DNA of 52,361 bases from Chloroflexota bacterium (GCA_030608465.1 JAUWEC010000001.1:1-52361), one strand, 5' to 3'; positions 1-10,184 are shown, counted from the stretch's first letter. Numbers and translations are program-made. The notes: generated by a model not told the origin, from the letters alone.

Positions 1-777
1 GATCAATATCATTTCAGGCAGAGCCGCATTCACAACCTGGACCCGCGTGTTAAGGTCTTGGTGATGATCGCGTTTATCCTGTCGAATGCGATTTTGCCTG
101 ATGGAAGCTGGCCCGCATTTGCATTAGCCTGGTTGGTACTGCTGATTGCCAATGACCAATCCAATCTGGGATTGGGCTTCACCTTCAAACGGTCTTTTGT
201 AGCTTTACCATTTGCCCTGGTGGCTGTAAGTGCGATTTTTTCTCCATTGGGTGAACCATTAGCCGAATGGAACCTGGGATTCATTACGCTGATCCCCACC
301 GACTTTGGCTTGATCCGTTTCTTGAGTATATTAGTACGGTCCTGGCTGTCTGTGCAGATGGCAATTTTGCTGGTGGCAACCACCCAATTCCCTGATTTGA
401 TACACTCCTTTGAACACTTGCGAGTGCCGCGTGTTCTCACTACCATTATTGCTTTCCTGTATCGCTATCTCTTTGTTCTAACCAACGAAGTCTTTCGTTT
501 ACTGCGAGCGCGGGATGCCCGCAGCGCTGGCCTGCCTGGAGTCAAACAAGGTGGTTCCATCTTATGGCGCACCAAAGTCATCGGTAGCATGGTCGGACAA
601 TTGTTTCTACGCAGCTACGAGCGCTCGGACCGTATTTACAGTGCGATGATATCAAGGGGATACACCGGTCATTTGCGCACGCTCAACCCGCATGTAATGA
701 ACCGTCTGGATTGGTTCATAATGACAATTTCATTTTTTATTTTGATTCTTATTCAACTTGTAGGATGGATTCGTTAA
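1..777 (+). CDS. cbiQ: ECF/cobalt transporter transmembrane T-component (CbiQ/EcfT family); 5' end outside window
   Basis: Frame 1 is open from base 1 (DQYHFRQSRIHNLDPRVKVL precedes the listed Met at 58), so the gene starts upstream of the window. Polytopic membrane protein with a CbiQ/EcfT-type C-terminal half (FLYRYLFVLTNEVFRLLRARDARSAG). Stop TAA 775-777 overlaps the next start (TAATG). Confidence 0.8.
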   Translation, partial: DQYHFRQSRIHNLDPRVKVLVMIAFILSNAILPDGSWPAFALAWLVLLIANDQSNLGLGFTFKRSFVALPFALVAVSAIFSPLGEPLAEWNLGFITLIPTDFGLIRFLSILVRSWLSVQMAILLVATTQFPDLIHSFEHLRVPRVLTTIIAFLYRYLFVLTNEVFRLLRARDARSAGLPGVKQGGSILWRTKVIGSMVGQLFLRSYERSDRIYSAMISRGYTGHLRTLNPHVMNRLDWFIMTISFFILILIQLVGWIR

Positions 778-1541
778 TGCCTGTCAAACACCAACCATTA
801 TTTGAAATCCAAATTCCTGAGTGTGAAGGTGATATCCTTCAGATTCAGGACTTAAACTTTGCTTACCCCGATGGTCATGTAGCCTTGCGCGGTATAAATC
901 TATCGATTTGCGAAGGGGAAAAAGTTGCCCTGGTAGGACCCAACGGAGCCGGAAAATCGACCCTGATGCTTCATCTTAACGGGATTCTGGGTGAGAACAG
1001 TCATATATCTATTGCGGGGATCTCTGTCGAACCGAAAAATTTTCCCACAATAAGAGCATTGGTCGGGCTGGTATTCCAGAATCCCGATGATCAACTTTTC
1101 TCTCCGACAGTGTTCGATGACGTGGCCTTTGGACCGCTCCATATGGGACTTCCGGAAGATGAAGTTTACCAACGAGTGGAAGAAGCCCTGGCTGTCGTTC
1201 AGATGAGTGGTTTTGGCGCCCGGCTCTCTCATCATCTCAGCATGGGCCAAAAGAAACGGATCGCAATCGCCACCGTCCTGGCAATGCGGCCGCAAATCCT
1301 GATTTTGGATGAACCTTCGGCTGGACTCGACCCGCGTGCCCGGCGATCTTTGATTAATTTCTTGCGTGATTTGCCCATTACAATGCTGGTTTCATCTCAT
1401 GATTTACGAATGGTCCAGGATCTTTTCCCCCGCATGGTCATCATGGATGAAGGAAAAATTGTGGCCGATGGTTTGACAGCAGAATTACTTAAAGACGAAG
1501 TTTTACTCAAAGCGCATGGGTTGGAATGTCCAAATTCTTAG
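777..1541 (+). CDS. cbiO: ECF/cobalt transporter ATP-binding protein (CbiO/EcfA family)
   Basis: Walker A GPNGAGKST, ABC signature LSMGQKKR, Walker B ILILDEPSAGLD, H-loop SSHD. Start placed at ATG 777, overlapping the cbiQ stop. The ORF-track Met at 711 lies inside cbiQ and adds a non-ABC-like hydrophobic leader. Confidence 0.9.
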   Translation: MPVKHQPLFEIQIPECEGDILQIQDLNFAYPDGHVALRGINLSICEGEKVALVGPNGAGKSTLMLHLNGILGENSHISIAGISVEPKNFPTIRALVGLVFQNPDDQLFSPTVFDDVAFGPLHMGLPEDEVYQRVEEALAVVQMSGFGARLSHHLSMGQKKRIAIATVLAMRPQILILDEPSAGLDPRARRSLINFLRDLPITMLVSSHDLRMVQDLFPRMVIMDEGKIVADGLTAELLKDEVLLKAHGLECPNS

Positions 1542-1677
1542 CTTTCCCATGTACAATCTCACCATCTCCCTGATTTATATTTATAGAGCAAGTTCTTTAC
1601 GAGTAATACTGAATATTAATCCACGCGTAATAATCACGTCTTACAAAACATCTGTTTTATTGTAAAAACATATTTTA

Positions 1678-3885
1678 ATGGTGAGTTGTATGAATACTAC
1701 TTTCGAGAATGAACCTTCCATCATCCATCCTGATAAAAAAGAGTCACGGAAACCGATTCCAACGGCAGATGAGCTGTTACGGTTGCCCCGAGATGGTGGA
1801 CCCGAATACAACCGGCTGGTATTTGAAAAATCCCCTTATCTTCTCCAGCATGCGGCAAATCCAGTGGATTGGCATCCCTGGGGTGAGGAGGCTTTCCAAA
1901 AAGCGAAAGAAGCTGACAAACCGGTTTTCCTATCCATTGGTTACTCCACTTGCCATTGGTGTCACGTGATGGAGCATGAATCCTTCGAAGATCCTCAAGT
2001 GGCTGCCCTTATAAATGAGACTTTCATACCCATTAAGGTTGATCGCGAAGAACGTCCGGATATCGATCGGATCTATATGTCAGTTTGTCAGGCGTTGACG
2101 GGGACTGGAGGCTGGCCTTTGACTATCATCTTAACGCCTGAGAAAGAACCCTTTTTTGCCGGGACTTATTTCCCGAAAGAAAGCCGTTTCCGGCGAACTG
2201 GATTAATGGAGTTAATTCCTAACCTAGCTGAGCTTTGGACGAATAAACGCGGAGAGCTTCTGGACAGTGCGGATAAAATTGTAAACTACTTGAAACAGAA
2301 CAGCTCACCCGCTGCCGGAGAGTTGAATAAACCGATTTTGGACAAGGCTTACCAGCAGCTGAGTGATAGGTTCGATGGTGTTCAGGGAGGATTCGGTTCG
2401 GCACCAAAATTTCCATCAGCGCATAATTTGATATTCTTGCTGAGATACTGGCATCGAACCGGAGAAAATCACGCCCTAGAGATGGTGGAAACGACCCTGG
2501 AAAAAATGCGACTCGGTGGGATTTTTGACCAAGTTGGTTTTGGTTTTCACCGCTACTCAACTGATTCCTATTGGCTGGTGCCTCATTTTGAAAAGATGCT
2601 TTATGACCAGGCTATGCTGGTGATGGCTTATGTGGAAGCTTTCCAGGCCACTGGTAAAGAAGAATATGCCCAAACTGCCCGTGAAATTTTAACCTACGTA
2701 TTGCGGGATATGACATCTCCTGAAGGTGGGTTTTATTCTGCAGAAGATGCTGACAGTGAAGGAGAAGAAGGTTTGTTTTACCTCTGGACCCCTGATGAAT
2801 TCCGAGAATCCTTGGGTGATGAAGGTAGTAAATTATTTATTAACTTCTTTAACTTGGAGGAGGGGGGAAATTTTTTTGACGAGTCAACAAAGAGCAAAAC
2901 TGGCCGCAGTATCCTCTATCTCAAAAAAAACCTTGCTGAGTTAAGGGAGGAAATTAATTTGCCAGAAGAGGAGCTTGGCGATTTTTGGGAAAAAATACGG
3001 CAAATGCTATATGGGATTCGTGAAAAGCGAATTCACCCATTTAAGGATGACAAAATCCTCACTGATTGGAATGGTTTGATGATTGCTGCCTTTGCAAAAG
3101 CTGCCGCTGCGTTGGGTGAACCCCAGTATGCTCTGGCAGCTAAAAACGCTGTAGATTTTATCTGGGATAAACTGAGGGATAAGGATGGAAGGCTTCTAAA
3201 ACGTTATCGGGATGAAGAAGCAGGACTTCCTGCACATCTTGATGATTATGCTTTTCTGGTCTGGGGTTTGCTTGAACTCTATGAGGCTGAATTTGACCCC
3301 GAATATTTGCAAAGAGCGATTAATCTAAATGCATTGATGCTGAAAGAATTCTGGGACCCTCAAAACGGCGGGTTATTTTTCACTGCGGAAGGCCAGACTG
3401 ATTTAATTGTCCGCAGTAAAGAAATTTATGATGGCGCAATTCCTTCTGGCAACTCAGTTGCGGCGTTAAACCTGCTCCGTATTGGTCGGATGACATCAAA
3501 TCCAGATCTTGAGGATAAGGCTCGATTGATAGGTAGCGCTTTTTCTAATCAGGTTAGAAGTGTCCCGATGGGGCATACTCAGCTTTTATCAGCAATGCTA
3601 TTTGCCTTTGGACCGGCCTATGAAGTGGTAATCACAGGCGAAGCAAAAGCCGCGGACACAGTAGCTATGCTCGAGGTACTTAACCTCAATTACCATCCCA
3701 ATAAAGTTACTCTTTTCCGTCCCATTGGTATCCAAAAACCAGCGATCGCCGAACTTGCGGAATTTACTGAATCTCAGACACCAATTGACGGGAAAGCGAC
3801 TGCTTATGTATGTAAAGATTACACCTGCAGTGCGCCAACAACAGATATAAATGAGATGCTGAAACTCTTGAAAACCGGAGGTTGA
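1678..3885 (+). CDS. Thioredoxin-domain protein of the YyaL/DUF255 (SSP411-like) family
   Basis: N-terminal thioredoxin-like region with [22 protein letters not shown], followed by a long alpha/alpha-barrel-like C-terminal part, as in YyaL proteins. 735 aa; an alternative start is Met at 1690. Confidence 0.88.
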   Translation: MVSCMNTTFENEPSIIHPDKKESRKPIPTADELLRLPRDGGPEYNRLVFEKSPYLLQHAANPVDWHPWGEEAFQKAKEADKPVFLSIGYSTCHWCHVMEHESFEDPQVAALINETFIPIKVDREERPDIDRIYMSVCQALTGTGGWPLTIILTPEKEPFFAGTYFPKESRFRRTGLMELIPNLAELWTNKRGELLDSADKIVNYLKQNSSPAAGELNKPILDKAYQQLSDRFDGVQGGFGSAPKFPSAHNLIFLLRYWHRTGENHALEMVETTLEKMRLGGIFDQVGFGFHRYSTDSYWLVPHFEKMLYDQAMLVMAYVEAFQATGKEEYAQTAREILTYVLRDMTSPEGGFYSAEDADSEGEEGLFYLWTPDEFRESLGDEGSKLFINFFNLEEGGNFFDESTKSKTGRSILYLKKNLAELREEINLPEEELGDFWEKIRQMLYGIREKRIHPFKDDKILTDWNGLMIAAFAKAAAALGEPQYALAAKNAVDFIWDKLRDKDGRLLKRYRDEEAGLPAHLDDYAFLVWGLLELYEAEFDPEYLQRAINLNALMLKEFWDPQNGGLFFTAEGQTDLIVRSKEIYDGAIPSGNSVAALNLLRIGRMTSNPDLEDKARLIGSAFSNQVRSVPMGHTQLLSAMLFAFGPAYEVVITGEAKAADTVAMLEVLNLNYHPNKVTLFRPIGIQKPAIAELAEFTESQTPIDGKATAYVCKDYTCSAPTTDINEMLKLLKTGG

Positions 3886-3918
3886 TCCAGAGTCTATTGG
3901 TGAATCCTGTTTCTTAAT

Positions 3919-3972
3919 AAAAAGAACCCCAAACCGCGAATTTTAGCTGACGAAATGGGGTTTCTTTTTTTT
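3919..3972. terminator. Possible bidirectional terminator between convergent genes
   Basis: AAGAACCCC (3922-3930) pairs with GGGGTT(T)CTT (3957-3966). It is followed by a T-run on the + strand and preceded by an A-run (a T-run on the - strand). The loop is long (about 26 nt), so stability is uncertain. Confidence 0.35.
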
Positions 3973-3988
3973 AAGGAGAGAGTGTTTT

Positions 3989-5401
3989 CTACTCAGGACC
4001 TTCTTCGGTTTCTTCGTAATCTGATTCCTCGGGTTCCTTTTCCTTTTTTCCCGCAGCAGATTCTTCGTTTTCTGTTTCCTCGGGTTCAGCTTCAACCTTA
4101 TCAGTTTCTTCGATATCTGCTTCCCCGGGTTCCTTTTCCTTTTCTTCCGTATCAGATTCTTCGTTTTCTATTTCCTCGGGTTCAGCTTCACCCTTATCAG
4201 ATTCTTCGATTTCTGGTTCCTTTGATTCTGTTTCATCGATTTTTTCAGATTCAATTTTCTCCGGCGATTTGACAACTGCTGAGATGATAATAATCCCCAG
4301 CCCCAATCCTGCAGCAATTATTGAGTAAATCCGGACTTGCGTGAAAAGCGACTTGATCAGTTGTACTGCAAGGCTGCTGCCAGTTTCAATCATAACGGGA
4401 CTGATTCCTGCCAAAGTTCTGTTGCCAAGAAAAATATTTGTTAAGAAGTTTGACAGGGGTCCAACCAGCATCGCCAGCACGATACCAATCAGTCCGCTGA
4501 TCGCCAACGGATATCCCCACCATACACCGAGGGCTTTATATGAATGTACTGCCAGGAGGGCAATGATCAACAGCAGTGTAACGCAGAATAGCGGACTCAT
4601 TCGTATGGACCACTGAATCCATTTGAACAGCATATACTGGGGGAGATCATATCCAAACATATTGATTAATGCAGCCTGGTTTCCGGAACCACCGGCGTCA
4701 AATAATCCCTTTCCGAGATCGATCTCATCCGGGACATCCCGCAGGGATCGCCGTACAATAACCTCAAGCTGGGGTGTGTAATTTTCGATAAATTTAGCAG
4801 GAGGTTGGCAGGTGAGAAAATCCTTTCCAACCGCCTCCCTCCCTTCCAGGATCCGTGTCATTTCCAGCAAATCATCTTTGCTGCACTCAGGCTGCGCCTC
4901 CAGCAATTGGGCGATTGCCTCTATTCCGGCTTCACCGCTGAGATTGTTTTTTAGTTCCACCATTGATATCTTGATGGTGAGGTCACCTTCTCCACTTTCA
5001 AGCGCATTAAAGAGGTTTCCAGTAATCTCTTGGATCTGGTCTTCCAGCCACTCTTGAGGTAACAATCCTGTCAGGAGCAGTTCCCAATCTTTTTCAGACA
5101 GAGCCTGGAAGTAACTGGGAGGACCTCCCTGGCTTGAAGAGAAATCTAGTTCATCATTCTCACAGTTAGCAGGATCCTCCAGGCAGGGATTATCCCCCAT
5201 TGCATAGCGGATCTGAACTGCTGCAATCTCAGGCAGTCGATCAAAAAAATCTACCTCTTCAAAAACTTCCAGATAAAAATCCGGATTGAGTAGTTGAGAT
5301 TCGAAAGAGAGCAGAAGAATGCTGATAAGAGCACACACCAAAAATAGGAGAACCAGGATGCTCGCCACCAGTTTACCGAAAAATCGAAATATTTTTATCA
5401 T
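3989..5401 (-). CDS. Membrane protein of unknown function: N-terminal TM anchor, Cys-containing ectodomain, 3-4 C-terminal TM helices, polyacidic repeat tail
   Basis: 470-aa ORF. Hydrophobic N-terminus (LVASILVLLFLVCALISILLL), C-terminal hydrophobic block (SPLFCVTLLLIIALLAV to GLGLGIIIISAVV), then about 95 residues of E/D/K-rich sequence. Lies 62 nt downstream of the VWA gene on the same strand. Confidence 0.7.
   Translation of the reverse strand: MIKIFRFFGKLVASILVLLFLVCALISILLLSFESQLLNPDFYLEVFEEVDFFDRLPEIAAVQIRYAMGDNPCLEDPANCENDELDFSSSQGGPPSYFQALSEKDWELLLTGLLPQEWLEDQIQEITGNLFNALESGEGDLTIKISMVELKNNLSGEAGIEAIAQLLEAQPECSKDDLLEMTRILEGREAVGKDFLTCQPPAKFIENYTPQLEVIVRRSLRDVPDEIDLGKGLFDAGGSGNQAALINMFGYDLPQYMLFKWIQWSIRMSPLFCVTLLLIIALLAVHSYKALGVWWGYPLAISGLIGIVLAMLVGPLSNFLTNIFLGNRTLAGISPVMIETGSSLAVQLIKSLFTQVRIYSIIAAGLGLGIIIISAVVKSPEKIESEKIDETESKEPEIEESDKGEAEPEEIENEESDTEEKEKEPGEADIEETDKVEAEPEETENEESAAGKKEKEPEESDYEETEEGPE
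4022..4213. repeat. Two direct 96-bp tandem repeats (in-frame, 32 aa each) encoding the acidic tail of the 3989-5401 protein
   Basis: Copy A 4022-4117 and copy B 4118-4213 align without gaps, with about ten substitutions by eye. They encode IEETDKVEAEPEETENEESAAGKKEKEPEESD and IEESDKGEAEPEEIENEESDTEEKEKEPGEAD. Degenerate partial copies flank both sides. Confidence 0.85.
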
Positions 5402-5463
5402 ATCAATACCCTCACAATTGCATGGTATTCACAAATGGGTTGGCTTTAGCCTCTTAAATCAAT

Positions 5464-7194
5464 TTACCTTGCTTTCCTTTGCCTCAACCAAATAATGAAA
5501 CCTGTGGCTCCAGCAAGGAGAACCACGATGAGAATAACACCCCCAGTAGCAACAACCATGCCTTGAGCTGATAGCAAATAAGGCAGATCTATTACAGGTG
5601 TAGACAAAATCTCTGGACCTGGACCAGCGCAGGGATTGGTGCTGACTAGAATACTGAATGCGGTGTCCATTCCCTGGTCATCCTCATTGGAGAGATTTAT
5701 GACCCATTCACCAGCCATTGGGTTTTCAACTGTAAGCAGTTGGATCTGATTCCTGGTCTGGTAGCTAATGCCATCCGCTGTTAGGTCAATTGGATTTCCC
5801 TCAGGATCGACCAACTCGATCATTGGCGTCCCGCTCAAGAAGTTGAGAACCAGACTCAAGTCACAGGTATTTTGATCAATGTCTACCCGGCCAACTTCTC
5901 TAATATCACCAGCATCGATGATACCGGTAATTTGTCCAGCGAGTTCTTTTCCAGCAGCAGCTTCACGACAGGCGGCAAAAAATGATCCCAGTGCCGCACC
6001 GCTGTTCGTAAACAGGTATTCTCCATTGGTTTGATAAGCTAGTCCTTCCAGGAGAACAAAATCGACTTCGGCTTCGATATCTGCAAAACCAGCTGTGCAA
6101 AGTGTGATATTTGCCGCATTTGCGCGGGGTGGAATAGCCGCCAGGATAGCACTGGATGACATCCCTACATTGGCATGCCCGTCACTTAGCAAGATCACCA
6201 TCATTGGTTGATCTGGATCGGCGCTTGTTTCCAATTCGTTCAGACCCAGTGTAAGCGCATCCCCGATGTTGGTTTGCTGCATAGGCTGCAGAATCTGGAT
6301 CAGCGGTTTCAGTTCCTCGTGTTTCAACGTCAGACCATGTTCAAACATGGCCTGGTTTGAGAAAGTAACCAAACCTATCCAAGAATCTATGCCTGTGTTG
6401 TTTTTATCTAAGCGGGAAAGGTCAATCAGGTTTATTGCTGCAGTTTTTGCCAGCTCAAGCCGGGAAGGAATACTGTAGACCTCAACCAGCCGGTCAATCT
6501 CCAATTGAACCTGTTGATATTCACCACTGGCTTTATAGTCTTCAAGCTGTTGAGAGAATGAGCTGAAACCGGAAACTTCCAGTATTTCATCATACACCTG
6601 GTAGGATTCCTGCCAAGCCTCTCGTAAGGCTTGATATTGGGGGTCATCCAGATAGGGAACCAGATCCACAACCTCAACCAGTAGGGCATCTGTAACAGCA
6701 CCAGCAGGGCAATTGGCGTTTAGATAAAACTCGATCTGTTCTGTGTTTCCCGCAGTGGAAATTGCCTGATCTGATGAATCATCACAACTGGCAGATTTGA
6801 GGACAGTTCGGATAATCGCCTGGTTTCCTGGGAGACTTATGTGATGTTCCTCAGTGATCCAATCACTTAGCTCCTGAAAAGCATCCAGCCAATCCTCTTT
6901 GGCGGCTGCCACATCAGGATCTTTTTCAGCCTCTTCGAGTTGTTCAGTGAGCTCGATGTATTGAGGGTTGTTTCGCAGCTCATCCATCCGCAGCAGCAAT
7001 GAAAGTAAGTCTTCAGGGACGATGCCGGTGTATACCCGCGTGCCCATACTTCCCGAAACATCCAGCACTAAGACAATCTGGATCATTTCCTCGGTTCCGG
7101 ATTGTCCGGGCGGGGCGGCAAACATCGCCTGGGGTGTGAGAACCAAAGTGATAAGCAAGATCAGAAAACAGGATAAGATACGAGAACTTTTCAT
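5464..7194 (-). CDS. Secreted, C-terminally membrane-anchored von Willebrand factor A (VWA) domain protein
   Basis: Signal peptide MKSSRILSCFLILLITLVLTPQAMFA. MIDAS-type LVLDVSGSMG near the N-terminus and a second VWA-like stretch (VILLSDGHANVG). C-terminal TM helix followed by RQRKAR. SD GAGGAG upstream of ATG 7194. Confidence 0.85.
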   Translation of the reverse strand: MKSSRILSCFLILLITLVLTPQAMFAAPPGQSGTEEMIQIVLVLDVSGSMGTRVYTGIVPEDLLSLLLRMDELRNNPQYIELTEQLEEAEKDPDVAAAKEDWLDAFQELSDWITEEHHISLPGNQAIIRTVLKSASCDDSSDQAISTAGNTEQIEFYLNANCPAGAVTDALLVEVVDLVPYLDDPQYQALREAWQESYQVYDEILEVSGFSSFSQQLEDYKASGEYQQVQLEIDRLVEVYSIPSRLELAKTAAINLIDLSRLDKNNTGIDSWIGLVTFSNQAMFEHGLTLKHEELKPLIQILQPMQQTNIGDALTLGLNELETSADPDQPMMVILLSDGHANVGMSSSAILAAIPPRANAANITLCTAGFADIEAEVDFVLLEGLAYQTNGEYLFTNSGAALGSFFAACREAAAGKELAGQITGIIDAGDIREVGRVDIDQNTCDLSLVLNFLSGTPMIELVDPEGNPIDLTADGISYQTRNQIQLLTVENPMAGEWVINLSNEDDQGMDTAFSILVSTNPCAGPGPEILSTPVIDLPYLLSAQGMVVATGGVILIVVLLAGATGFIIWLRQRKAR

Positions 7195-7504
7195 GTTTGC
7201 TCCTCAGGTGTCCCGCCGGGAAGTCAACTTCCCGAGCTGAATGATGGACAAATTTATATTGTTTTATCTGTTTAGACATTAATACTTATGGTAAAAGTTC
7301 GGAAGAACTCCATGCCCGGATAGCGTTTTACAGTACGATACCGATAAAGAATAATTCGTTTGGATTAATCGTTAATGGTTTAGTAGAAATGGGTTTGAAT
7401 GGATTTTTTTATTATAGCATAGGAATATTTCTTTCAGATATTATTCCCGGTTTATTGGTATACTGTTTCCAGCTAACTTTTACCTGATCGATAGGGATCT
7501 TTCT

Positions 7505-7894
7505 ATGTATATTTGTGTTGACTTTGACGGCACAATAGTGGATCATCGATTTCCGGAAATTGGACCGCCTGTCCCCGGAGCGGTGGAATGGATGTTAAAG
7601 TTTCAGGAGGCAGGAGCCAAGTTGATTCTCTTTACCATGCGATCCGATGACGGCATGAGTAGAGATGCATTGGCCAGGGCTGTTGATTACCTGGAAGAAA
7701 ACGGTATTTCCCTTTATGGCGTAAATAAAAACCCTACGCAGGTTCATTGGACCAGCAGTCCAAAAGCCTTCGGCCAGCTCTACATCGATGATGCTGCCTT
7801 TGGATGTCCCTTAATACATCCGGATGGTTTCCAGCGTCCCTGTGTAGACTGGGCGATTGTCGGGCCGGGAGTGATGGAGAAACTGGCCGACTAA
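7505..7894 (+). CDS. Small cap-less HAD-superfamily-like phosphatase/nucleotidase (129 aa)
   Basis: The N-terminus MYICVDFDGTIVD carries the DxDxT nucleophile motif. FTMRSD and YIDDAA fit HAD motifs II and IV. Family assignment is from motif memory only. Confidence 0.55.
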   Translation: MYICVDFDGTIVDHRFPEIGPPVPGAVEWMLKFQEAGAKLILFTMRSDDGMSRDALARAVDYLEENGISLYGVNKNPTQVHWTSSPKAFGQLYIDDAAFGCPLIHPDGFQRPCVDWAIVGPGVMEKLAD

Positions 7895-8127
7895 CAAATT
7901 AACTCTTTACCTGATTATCAGTAAATCCTGGTTTTCAGGAAGGGGGCTCTCGAAAATCCACTATTTTTTGCCCCTTTCCTAGAGGGTGATTATATTTAAT
8001 ATTGGCCTATGGGTTAATCAGTTCACTATCTCTACTCATAAGTGATCTCCCAGAATTCTTCTCGAGTAACCGGGGGCACGGGTTTCGGTTATTATGATAA
8101 AAGACAGATATACAAGGAGAGAAAATA

Positions 8128-9246
8128 ATGACATCCCAATCTGAAACCATTATTCGTGGTCTGCTGGCTTCGGCTGATATTGAAGTAAATGGTCCAAATC
8201 CCTGGGATATCCAGATCCATGATGACCGGTTTTACCGGCGAGTTTTGAGTGAAGTTGAACTCGGACTGGGGGAATCCTACATGGATAGCTGGTGGGATTG
8301 CCAGGCCATTGACCAATTTATTGACCGGGCATTACGGGCTAGACTGGAGAAGAAAGTTCAAGGAAATTGGAAAATCCTCTCTCATATGCTTAAATATCGT
8401 CTATTTAATTTGCAGACCTCCTCCCGTGCATTCAAAGTCGGAGAACATCATTACGATCTGGGAAATGACCTCTATCGGGCTATGCTGGATAAACGATTAA
8501 ACTATACCTGTGCATACTGGCGGGACGCTTCAAATCTGGACGAGGCCCAGGAGGCGAAGTTGGACCTGATTTGCAGAAAAATTGGTCTCAAGCCGGGTAT
8601 GACTATACTCGACCTTGGCTGTGGGTGGGGGAGTTTTGCAAAATACGCAGCAGAGAAATATGGGGCGGAAGTATTGGGAGTGACTGTATCCGCCGAACAA
8701 GTTGAACTGGGTATGGAACTATGCCGCGGGTTACCGGTTGAACTCCGGTTGCAAGATTACCGCGAAGTGGGTGGTGAGTATGACCGGGTGATCTCTATTG
8801 GAATTATGGAGCATGTTGGATATAAAAATTACAGGACCTATATGGAGGTGGTAAACCGGACCCTTAAACCAGGGGGAATCGGATTTTTCCACACTATCGG
8901 GAACAATTTTAGTGGTAAAGGAAATAACACCTGGACGGAGAAATATATCTTTCCCAATAGTATGCTGCCCTCCATTGCCCGGCTGACGGCTGCTATGGAG
9001 GGTCTCTTTGTAATCGAAGACTGGCATAATTTTGGACCGGATTACGATCCCACATTAATGGCCTGGCATGCCAATTTTGAACTGGCCTGGCCGAATATAA
9101 AAGACCGCTATGACGAACGGTTTTACCGTATGTGGAGGTATTACCTGCTCAGCAGCGCCGGAGGATTCCGTTCCAGGAAAACCCAACTCTGGCAAGTGGT
9201 TTTTACCCGGACTGGTGATCCGCAGCCGGACTGCCGTAAACTATGA
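8128..9246 (+). CDS. cfa: Cyclopropane-fatty-acyl-phospholipid synthase family methyltransferase
   Basis: The N-terminal region PWDIQIHDDRFYRRVLSEVELGLGESYMDSWWDC closely resembles E. coli Cfa. SAM motif I ILDLGCGWGSFAKYAAEKYGAEVLGVTVS. SD AAGGAGAG upstream. Confidence 0.9.
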   Translation: MTSQSETIIRGLLASADIEVNGPNPWDIQIHDDRFYRRVLSEVELGLGESYMDSWWDCQAIDQFIDRALRARLEKKVQGNWKILSHMLKYRLFNLQTSSRAFKVGEHHYDLGNDLYRAMLDKRLNYTCAYWRDASNLDEAQEAKLDLICRKIGLKPGMTILDLGCGWGSFAKYAAEKYGAEVLGVTVSAEQVELGMELCRGLPVELRLQDYREVGGEYDRVISIGIMEHVGYKNYRTYMEVVNRTLKPGGIGFFHTIGNNFSGKGNNTWTEKYIFPNSMLPSIARLTAAMEGLFVIEDWHNFGPDYDPTLMAWHANFELAWPNIKDRYDERFYRMWRYYLLSSAGGFRSRKTQLWQVVFTRTGDPQPDCRKL

Positions 9247-10184
9247 GGCACCATCGGATTATCATTGTCGGAGGAGGACCTGCAGGATCTGCCTGCGCCT
9301 GGAAGTTGGTACAGGCTGGAGTTGATTGCCTGGTCCTGGATAAAAAAACGTTTCCTCGCCCAAAAATTTGTGCAGGTTGGATCACTCCGGAAGTTCTCCG
9401 GGATTTGCAATTTGAACCCAATGATTACCCCCACCGCTTGACCTCTTTTCCCTTTTTAAAGATTTTCCTGAAAGGATTCCCGATCATCCGCCCCGGCAGG
9501 CAGTATGCTATCCGCCGGGTGGAATTTGATCATTGGCTGCTGCAGCGTTCTGGAGCGCCGGTAATACTGCATCAAGTAAAAAAGATTACATTAATAGATC
9601 AGGGATACAGCATAGATGGAAAATATTCGGCTGAGTTTCTTATTGGCGCTGGAGGAACTCACTGCCCGGTTTACCATACATTTTTCAGTAATAATAAACC
9701 CCGGACTGGTGCCCAAATTGTTGCCCTGGAAGAGGAATTTGCCATTGATTGGCAAGATGGCGACTGCCGTTTGTGGTTCTTTGATAATGGTTTGCCTGGA
9801 TATGCCTGGTATGTACCAAAAAAGGGTGGATATTTGAATATCGGAGTTGGTGGTAACGCTGCTGCCTTGAAGGATCGGGGCAGCAGTATACAAGATCACT
9901 GGGAATATCTGGTGAAGAAACTGCAGGATAAAGGATTGGTATCTGTGAAGGATTTCCAACCGGAAGGATATATTTACTATCTAAGGGGGAGTCAGGACCA
10001 GTTTAAGAGAGGTAACATATTTCTGGTTGGTGACTCAATAGGTTTGGCAACCCTAGATATGGGGGAAGGGATTGGACCAGCTATCCAGAGCGGACTGAAC
10101 GCAGCAGAAGCTATCCTTGGCGAAAAAGAATATTCCATTTCTAATATTCATAAGTATTCACTCGTGCCGTCATTCTTAAAGTGA
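9243..10184 (+). CDS. FAD-dependent oxidoreductase, geranylgeranyl-reductase/FixC-like
   Basis: Dinucleotide fold motif IIVGGGPAGSACAWKL. C-terminal FLVGDSIGLATLDMGEGIGPAIQSG is typical of this flavoprotein family. The start overlaps the cfa stop (ATGA at 9243-9246). Confidence 0.8.
   Translation: MRHHRIIIVGGGPAGSACAWKLVQAGVDCLVLDKKTFPRPKICAGWITPEVLRDLQFEPNDYPHRLTSFPFLKIFLKGFPIIRPGRQYAIRRVEFDHWLLQRSGAPVILHQVKKITLIDQGYSIDGKYSAEFLIGAGGTHCPVYHTFFSNNKPRTGAQIVALEEEFAIDWQDGDCRLWFFDNGLPGYAWYVPKKGGYLNIGVGGNAAALKDRGSSIQDHWEYLVKKLQDKGLVSVKDFQPEGYIYYLRGSQDQFKRGNIFLVGDSIGLATLDMGEGIGPAIQSGLNAAEAILGEKEYSISNIHKYSLVPSFLK

Noticed and set aside
711-776. Upstream Met (711) for cbiO and upstream TTG (12663) for hipB, as given in the ORF track
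   Set aside because: The extensions lie inside the preceding gene or lack an SD, and they add residues foreign to the respective families. The downstream starts (777 and 12741) have overlap-coupling or SD support.
4022-4213. Possible CRISPR-like or minisatellite array
   Set aside because: There are only two abutting units with no spacers. The units are 96 bp long, exactly in frame and inside a long ORF. This is coding tandem duplication, not CRISPR.
3955-4272. 105-aa plus-strand ORF (FPRVQL..., LRFL... repeats)
   Set aside because: It is the antisense shadow of the 96-bp tandem repeat that encodes the acidic tail of the minus-strand gene. Its periodic sequence simply mirrors the repeat, and it has no SD or plausible start context.
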